A stretch of DNA of 64,000 bases from Amoebophrya sp. A120 (taxonomy: Eukaryota; Protista; Dinoflagellata). Positions 1 to 9,400 of this stretch are shown here, piece by piece. The stretch is taken from contig CAJINV010000025.1 of the NCBI GenBank assembly GCA_905178155.1, forward strand, positions 256,717 to 320,716. Direction: 5' to 3'. A program made the position numbers and the translations under genes. The notes beneath the pieces were generated by a model, which did no database searches, had not been told where the DNA came from, and saw only the letters and a program-made list of their open reading frames with translations. How positions within the stretch are numbered: the first letter of the stretch is position 1; every line of letters begins with the position of its first letter.

Positions 1-352
1 CACTGATGGCTAGCCGGTGGCTCAACGGCTAGCCGATTGCCCGACGGCTAGCCGACGCGCCGACGGCTTGCCGATGGGCCAACGGCTAGCCGGCGGCCCA
101 ACGGCTAGCCGGTGGCCCAACGGCTAGCCGATTGCCCGACGGCTAGCCGATTGCCCGACGGCTAGCCGACGCCCCGACGGCTAGCCGGTGGTCCAACGGC
201 TAGCCGACTCCCCAACGGCTAGCCGGTGGTCCGGCGGCTAGCCGGTGGTCCGGCGGCTAGCCGATAGTCCAACGGCTAGCCGATGGTCCAACGGCTAGCC
301 GACTCCCCGGCGGCCCGCCGATGGCCCAACGGCGACCTAGCCGGTGGCCCGA
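1..352. repeat. About 20-bp GC-rich minisatellite built on the palindrome CGGCTAGCCG, probably intronic in IFT80
   Basis: Repeated ccaacggctagccggtgg / ccgacggctagccgattg units. Confidence 0.9.
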
Positions 353-469
353 CAGTTGCACGCTCACAGAGCTTGCGACCGTTGGCCCACTACTTAACCC
401 GCACGCAGAAAAAAAGGGGCAGCCAAGTTGTACTTCCATTACCCACCCGGGTTCTTCTTGTTCCCACCT

Positions 470-3400
470 GGCGCACTTGCATATTGTTGCGACAAGTTCC
501 TGCACATCTACTCCACGACAACCACGGCGAAGTCCAGCTGGAAAGCGCACGACGGCATTGTCCTCTACTGCGACTGGTCTATCGTGAACAATTTAATCCT
601 GTCGGCGGGCGAGGATTGCAAGTACAAGATCTGGGACTCCTTCGGCCGCCTCTTGTTCCATTCCGCCGTGCACGAACATGTGATCACCTCCGTCTCCTGG
701 GTATCGAGGAAAAAAAGTGTGCAAGTGTGAGTCTGTGATGCAGAACTATGCAAAACAATTATCACTTGTCATGCTGCCCAGCCATGATGTCCTGTCTTCA
801 TGTACCAGCTGTGCATGCCAGGATTTCTCTGCCATGCAGAACAGATTTGTCATGCTGACACCGAAAGAGATCCACACTAAAACCGTTCTTTTCTTGCATA
901 CTGGGCGCCCAACGGGAAAACGTTTGCGGTGGGGGCGTTCAACATGATCAAGCTCTGCGACAAGTCCGGCTGGGCGTACGTGCGGGAGCTGTGTCCGAAT
1001 TCCGGTTCCATCTTCAACATTCGCTGGTGTCCAGATGGAACGCAGTTTGCGGGAGCAGCAGGTGAAGCAGATAAATACTTGTCTTCGAAGTAGAACCAGG
1101 AGGACCAGCTTGTATTTGTAAACTGCATGGCGGGATGAAGATGGACACTAGCGCCAGCGCACTAATGTTGCGAATTCGAATGACTTAATTCATGATCGTG
1201 ATCCACCATGATTATCCACACCGAGAATTTTTCCAACAGGCAACGGGCATGTCGTATTCGCGTCTCTAGTGGACCGCAGCATCAGTTGGCAATCCCTGGA
1301 CGTTATGGATTGCAAATATGTCTGGGTCTGGAAGGATGCAACTTGTAATGCTAATTCTGGATCGTGCAAAAATCTGTGTTGAATGAATGCCAAGAGTTGT
1401 CCACTTTTGACCAGAAGGGAAGAGGAAGTCTCTCATGCAGAATTGGCATGATAGGGATTTCATAGAATCTGTCATGCCAGGTCCTGCATTCCAGACGACA
1501 TGGACCGTGGAAAATCTGCATGACAAGTTTCAGAATCTTCCAGACCCAGACATTTTTGCATTTGATAGCCGTCACCCTTGACCAGACTTTGAACACCCTC
1601 ATCGTCCGGGACCTCACCCACGAAACCATCGAAGAGCTGGACTTCAGGGACCGCGTTATCGACTATGAGAGTCCACAACTTGTTCACCTGCCCCTCATTC
1701 GTATGGCATGAGCAGCAACACAAGCGGTGGCACAAATGTGGTTTTCGCATGACAAATAATGAAGCGGAAGGGTGGTTGTGAACTCTCATATCGACTTTCA
1801 AGTAGCCTGCGACCAGCTTGTGGCTGTCACCAACTACCAGGTTTTCATCTACAGCATCAACAAGGGATTACTCATATGCATTGCAAATACTGATCTTGGT
1901 CTCGATTTGTGATGCGTGCAGATCTCCTGCTCCTGAAGGAAGACAAGATTTGTAATTATCCATCATGATTAGATACGAAAGGAAAGTGGCATCTTTTTCT
2001 GTCATGCTGTGATGAAACTCGGTCTGTCGTGCGTTTTGCGAATGAATTATCCGTATAGAAGTTTCGCAAATTATTTGTTTCTGATGCTGCTATGCCTGAT
2101 ACAAGCGGTCAGCACACTGTGATACAAGTATACAGTGCTACCAATAGAGATTTCCCGATCCAGACCCAGATGTTGGGTATTTGCCCTGCATAACTCATAT
2201 GAACTGCAAAAGTATCGTACTAGTAGAAATCGCATTACAAATTCGGTCAGCATGACAAATGAAATTTGTCATGCTGTTTTACCTTGGTATGGAGATTTGT
2301 TTTTGTAATGCATGATTGGTATGGAGATTTGCAATTACTACGAGTACGATACTTTTGCAGTTCATAACTCAACACCACCCCCATCGTGGAGGATTTGCGG
2401 GAGACGCCCACCTATCAACTGCAAATATGTCTGGGTCTGGAAGATTGCCAAGTTTGTCATGCATATTTTCAATGACCCATGAAATGATGTCGGTGATGCA
2501 TGCCCTAGCTGCATCACAGATTTTTAGAGGGCGTTTTGATGCCTCTACCGCATGAGAAATGCCCTCTCCGCGTAGCACAAACTAGAGTCCTCTTGCTGGT
2601 CATGCAAGACGAATTTTTTTAGAATCCAGAGACAGCATCACAAGTTCAGAATCTTCCAGTCCCAGACATGTTTGCATTCCACACCACCCTGATCCTGATG
2701 TCCAGCGAGAAATTTGGCCTCTGCGATTCCGTCGGGTTGCACATCTACAGCTACGAGGGGCGGCTGGTGTCCAACGTGAAGTACAGCGGAATGCGAGTGG
2801 AATTCTTCAACGAGAAAACCGTGTCCCTCGCCAGCGACTTGGTGGCCATCCTGGATCCCAAATCTGACGTCGCGGGGTCGGCGGCGGGAAAAGGCGGTGG
2901 TGGTAGCGGAGGTGGTGCCGGCGGGAGTAGCAGCTCGTCCGGTAGCTGCGTCCGAATATTCGACGTGCACAGTGGGAAGCAAGTGCAGACCTTGGAGCAT
3001 CGACAAGAAATCACGCACATTGCGTTGTCACACCAACCAGGGGATGTGCAAAGAAAAAAGTGTGACAGTTATATACACATTGTGTTGCAGAGTAAATAAC
3101 AAGACAGGCGACCTCTGTCATGCTGGAAAGGCTTGGTGCGAGCACCGTCGCATTACGTGTCTTTCATTTTATGATCTGCGCATTCCAAGTTTTCTCTGTC
3201 GTGCTGAGCAGGGTTCTGTGGCTGAAGTTATTTATTTACAAGAAATAGTCATAGTATGTAACTGCCACACTTTTTTCTTGTGATAGGGGAGAGGAAAATT
3301 GCAGTGCTGGACAAGATATGACCTGCAAATATGTCTGGGTCTGGAAAATTGGACTGGTCTTGCCTGCTCGTTGTGAGGTCTGTAATTGGAGAAGAATGCC

Positions 3401-6400
3401 GTGTCGGGTTTCGGATTTAATACAAGCCATGCACTCCGCCCTGATTCGAATTTATACAGGGGTGCAAGTTTTCGCGTTTTTCCTTCAGAGGCGAAGGTCG
3501 GGCGGGGCTTTGGACTTTATACAAGCCATGCACTCCGCCCTGATTCGAATTTATACACGGGGGCAAGTTTTCGCGTTTTCCCTTCAGAGGCGAAGGTCGG
3601 GCGGGGTTTTGGACTTTATACAAGCCATGCACTCCGCCCTGATTCGAATTTATACACGGGGGCAAGTTTTCGCGTTTTCCCTTCAGAGGCGAAGGTCGGG
3701 CGGGGTTTTGGACTTTATACAAGCCATGCACTCCGCCCTGATTCGAATTTATACACGGGGGCAAGTTTTCGCGTTTTCCCTTCAGAGGCGAAGGTCGGGC
3801 GGGGTTTTGGACTTTATACAAGCCACGCGCCCCGCCCTGATTCGAATTTATACAGGGGCGCCAATTTTCGTTTTTTTCCTTTAGAGGCGAAGGTCGGGCG
3901 GGGTTTCGGACTTTATACAAGCCATGCACTCCGCCCTGATATGAATTTATACACGGGTGCCAATTTTCGTGTTTTTCCTTTAGAGGCGAAGGTCGGGCGG
4001 GGTTTTGGACTTTGTACAAGCCATGCACTCCGCTCTGATTTGAATTTATACAGGGGTGCCAATTTTCGTGTTTTTCCTTTAGAGGCGAAGGTCGGGCGGG
4101 GTTTTGGACTTTGTACAAGCCATGCACTCCGCCCTGATTTGAATTTATACAGGGGTGCCAATTTTCGTGTTTTTCCTTTAGAGGCGAAGGTCGGGCGGGG
4201 TTTTGGACTTTGTACAAGCCATGCACTCCGCCCTGATTTGAATTTATACAGGGGTGCCAATTTTCGTGTTTTTCCTTTAGAGGCGAAGGTCGGGCGGGGT
4301 TTTGGACTTTGTACAAGCCATGCACTCCGCCCTGATTTGAATTTATACAGGGGTGCCAATTTTCGTGTTTTTCCTTTAGAGGCGAAGGTCGGGCGGGGTT
4401 TTGGACTTTGTACAAGCCATGCACTCCGCCCTGATTTGAATTTATACAGGGGTGCCAATTTTCGTGTTTTTCCTTTAGAGGCGAAGGTCGGGCGGGGTTT
4501 TGGACTTTGTACAAGCCATGCACTCCGCCCTGATTTGAATTTATACAGGGGTGCCAATTTTCGTGTTTTTCCTTTAGAGGCGAAGGTCGGGCGGGGTTTT
4601 GGACTTTGTACAAGCCATGCACTCCGCCCTGATTTGAATTTATACAGGGGTGCCAATTTTCGTGTTTTTCCTTTAGAGGCGAAGGTCGGGCGGGGTTTTG
4701 GACTTTGTACAAGCCATGCACTCCGCCCTGATTTGAATTTATACAGGGGTGCCAATTTTCGTGTTTTTCCTTTAGAGGCGAAGGTCGGACTCAAGTGTTT
4801 TCTTTCATCGTCCACCATCCAGCGTCACAACTTTCCAGGCCCAGACCTTTTCTTCGCAGTTGATACACGAATAAGGACCTGTATTGCAACGAATTTATTA
4901 GTCGTGGACTTTTCTTCTATCCATGCTGTTTGTGATGCTGGCAGGCACATTACACTTCGACTTTCAGATCCAAAAAGCTGTCATGCATGAAACGATTGGC
5001 AAAACGAAAACCAAGGTACCTCTGCCCGACGCACCGGCAAGAGTTCCAGAAGCTCGGCTCGATGGTCGAGGACTTCCAGTGGAACGAGGAAACGGACATG
5101 TATCGAAAGGAAAAATCCCCCCTCCCCATATCAAGACGGAACTTCTGATGCTGGATTTGCGTACACAAATGCGCTTTGTATTGCAGGAAGGGACTGCGGC
5201 CAGATCCCCAGCCTAGATACGGGTGCTTGGGTCTAGTTGTTCAGCATTGCAAACGGCTGCCCTCTAGGCCCAATAGCGCGCCAAATCGCTTCCGTAATGG
5301 GGCGGAAGATCGGGCGCCTGTGTTCTTGCAAGACAAGTGTGATTTGTGGCCACAAATCAGCAGCGCAAATTTTCCAAAACGTATTGTGCCTACCTTTTCA
5401 ATATGGGGAGGCGGGATTTTTTCCTTCGATAGCATGCTGGTCACCCTTGCGGACCAATCGCTCCACTGCTACCTCTACCCCAACGTCGTATTTGTCGATC
5501 CCACCCTGCTACCGCTGACGATCAGCAAAAAGCCGATACTTGCCCAGGATCTCGGGGGCGGAAGCAGTGGCAGCAGCAACGCCTCTATAGCGAATGCGCA
5601 ACTGAACTCGTTTCACGGCTCGCACGTGTCACTGCGGAAAGCGGATGGCTCAAACCTCGCCATGATGGTATCTCCGTACCCACTATGCAGAGAAAATGCA
5701 TCGCACTCGTAGTAATTGCACTTATGCATTAAAAATTTTTTTCCCAATGTAAATCCGCATTACAAATTTTATTTCTCATGCTGAGGGAATTTGTGATGCG
5801 TTTCTACGAGTGCGATACTTTTGCAGTTCATACCCACTATGCAGAGCAAATACACAACAATCTGGGGCTGGATGCAAATACGTGGAACTTTGCAGTGTGT
5901 GGTGTCCCTTGCAGTTCGTTGTTCTGAGATTGTGAAATCTGTATTGCATAAACTCTAAAGCGCAGTTTTTTGTCATGCAAGAAAGATTGCAATTCGAATT
6001 TGCATGTGCATCGTCACAACTTATTTGCGGTCCCTGATCTACGTCGATATTTGCAGTGCATACCCACTGCTGCTCTACCAACACGTGACGAAAGGGCACT
6101 GGGATTTGGCGATTCGCCTTTGCAGGTGCAAAATGTGGATGATGCGGAAATTTGAATGAAGAATACTGTAGTTTTACTATGCAGATGCACCGACACGTGA
6201 CAGGTTCATAATAATTTCACAACTCTATGGTCACAACTTTCACTTGCGTGCCCGGATTAACGAGCAAAAAGAATCTGAGGCATGATCGTGTTATGTCGCA
6301 TGACAGAAAGTTGTCAAAGAAAAAAACCCGACGACCTCCTCCAGGTATGTGAAGCAGTCAGAATGCTGGGCCTGCCTCGCGTGTATGGGCATCCACGCAC

Positions 6401-9400
6401 GGGAACTGAACACCGTGGAGATAGCGCTCGCTGCGATTGAGGAAATCGATAAAGTGCAGTACGTCGCCCACATCAACTCCTTGCTATGAGAGTGCACAAC
6501 TCATCCCCCTCCCCCTTGTTTGTATGGTCGATGAACAGCAACTACATAAACACTAGCAGACGTGGAGCCTGTGCGTCACACCTTCTTCATGCTCCCAGTG
6601 TAGAAGTACTGGTTGGGCAGCTTTACGAGGAGTCTGTCATGCATAAAAATAATGACGCAAGGGAGCAACTGGATTAGAGATTTTGCATGAGAAATGAGAA
6701 CGAGGGGGAGCAGTCGTGCACTCTCATACTTGCCGGATGAGGTCCTGAAAACTGCGGATATGGCCTGCTCAGGAGCCATGGAACAATCTGTCTCTACAAC
6801 CGGAGAACAAGCAATGTAGATGAAAATATTTGTGCTGTTGCATATGGATCTCCTCAGTCATGCAGCACCATGATTCCCGGACTTGTACTTCGTAAGCTTG
6901 TTGTCATGCTGAGCAGACAGATGATTCCCCTTTTCTACGGATCATGATGAAGATCCGTGTTCTGCATCAGATGTTGATGAGATGCAGATGGTTCCATTTA
7001 TTGAGATTGTTCCATGGCTGTTGTTGAGTAGTCCATAGCGGAACTTGCTCTGTTCTGCAAGAAACCGGAGGAGGCACTGCAGATCCTGTTGCAGCACAGA
7101 CGGGCGTACCGGGCAATCAAAATGTGCATCACGTTGCACCGCTGGGACCAGGCGCTGGATTTGGCGATACAAAACAAAACGCATGTCGACACGGTAGTAC
7201 TAGATTACAACATTGAGATTGAGCTTGATTTGATTACAATTACTATTACATTGCCGCCTTGCATGATATTAAGATGGAGATCAGATAAAGAGTGATATTT
7301 GGCTTTTGTTAGTGCTTGCTCAACAGCACCAGCAGGCGCGGCACCGCAGGACGTAGCCGGCCCTTGCTGAGAGGACTGGCCCCCGCTAAGAGGGCTGGCG
7401 CTGGCTAGGACGGCTGGCCCTGGCTAGGAGGGCCGGCTCTCTGCTGGTGTAGCGACGGCGGCAATTTTTGGCCAGCAGAAATCATTTGTGCTCATTTCTG
7501 CTGGGGCAGATTTACAGTGGGATTAGCCATTTCTGCTGGCCGCTTTTTGCTCCTGTGGTTTTTTCTTTCGTTTTGAGAATGCCGAAAACTTTTTTCAGAG
7601 TTCGCAGTGCGCTCTCCCCCCGGGAATCATGCCTTCAGCTTGTTTGCGAAAGACCTAGAATTTCATGACGACTGCAATTTTTGGCCAGCAGAAATCATTT
7701 CTGCTCATTTCTGCTGGGGCAGATTTACAGTGGGATTAGCCATTTCTGCTGGCCGCTTTTTTCTCTTGTGGTTTTTTCTTTCATTTTGAGAATGCCGCGA
7801 ACTTTTTTCAGAGTTCGTAGTGCGCTCTCCCCCCGGGAGTCTCGCTTTCAGCTTGTTTGCGAAAGACCTGAAATTTCATGACGACTGCAATTTTTGTCCA
7901 GCAGAAATCATTTCTGCTCATTTCTGCTGGGGCAGATTTTCAGTGGGATTGGCCATTTCTGCTGGCCGCTTTTTGCTCTTGTGGTTTTTTCTTTCGTTTT
8001 GAGAACGCCGCGAACTTTTTTCAGAGTTCGCAGTGCGCTCTCCACTCGGGAATCTCGCTTTCAGCTTGTTTTCCAAAGACCTGGAATTTCATGACGACTG
8101 CAATTTTTGGCCAGCAGAAATCATTTCTGCTCATTTCTGCTGGGGCAGATTTACAGTAGGATTAGCTATTTCTGCTGGCCGCTTTTTGCTGCTGGAGTTT
8201 TTTCTTTCGTTTTGAGAATGCCGCGAACTTTTTTCAGAGTTCGCAGTGTGCTCTCCCCCCGGGAATCTCGCTTTCAGCTTGTTTGCGAAAGACCTGTAAT
8301 TTCATGACAACTGCAATTTTTGGCCAGCAGAAATCATTTCTGCTCATTTCTGCTGGGGCAGATTTACAGTGGGATTAGCCATTTCTGCTGGCCGCTTTTT
8401 GCCTTTGTGGTTTTTTCTTTCGTTTTGAGAATGCCGCGAACTTTTTTCAGAGTTCGCAGTGCGCTCTCCCCCCGGGAATCTCGCTTTCAGCTTGTTTGCG
8501 AAAGACCTGGAATTTCATGACGACTGCAATTTTTGGCCAGCAGAAATCATTTCTGCTCATTTCTGCTGGGGCAGATTTACAGTGGGATTAGCCATTTCTG
8601 CTGGCCGCTTTTTGCTCTTGTGGTTTTTTCTTTCGTTTTGAGAATGCCGCGAACTTTTTTCAGAGTTCGCAGTGCGCTCTCCCCCCGGGAATCTCGCTTT
8701 CAGCTTGTTTGCGAAAGACCTGGAATTTCATGACGACTGCAATTTTTGGCCAGCAGAAATCATTTCTGCTCATTTCTGCTGGGGCAGATTTACAGTGGGA
8801 TTAGCCATTTCTGCTGGCCGCTTTTTGCTCTTGTGGTTTTTTCTTTCGTTTTGAGAATGCCGCGAACTTTTTTCAGAGTTCGCAGTGCGCTCTCCCCCCG
8901 GGAATCTCGCTTTCAGCTTGTTTGCGAAAGACCTGGAATTTCATGACGACTGCAATTTTTGGCCAGCAGAAATCATTTCTGCTCATTTCTGCTGGGGCAG
9001 ATTTACAGTGGGATTAGCCATTTCTGCTGGCCGCTTTTTGCTCTTGTGGTTTTTTCTTTCGTTTTGAGAATGCCGCGAACTTTTTTCAGAGTTCGCAGTG
9101 CGCTCTCCCCCCGGGAATCTCGCTTTCAGCTTGTTTGCGAAAGACCTGGAATTTCATGACGACTGCAATTTTTGGCCAGCAGAAATCATTTCTGCTCATT
9201 TCTGCTGGGGCAGATTTACAGTGGGATTAGCCATTTCTGCTGGCCGCTTTTTGCTCTTGTGGTTTTTTCTTTCGTTTTGAGAATGCCGCGAACTTTTTTC
9301 AGAGTTCGCAGTGCGCTCTCCCCCCGGGAATCTCGCTTTCAGCTTGTTTGCGAAAGACCTGGAATTTCATGACGACTGCAATTTTTGGCCAGCAGAAATC

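Noticed and set aside
3386-4990. 534-aa ORF of 33-aa repeats and overlapping antisense ORFs
   Set aside because: Translation of a 99-bp satellite inside an introner of IFT80; no ATG start and no recognisable domain
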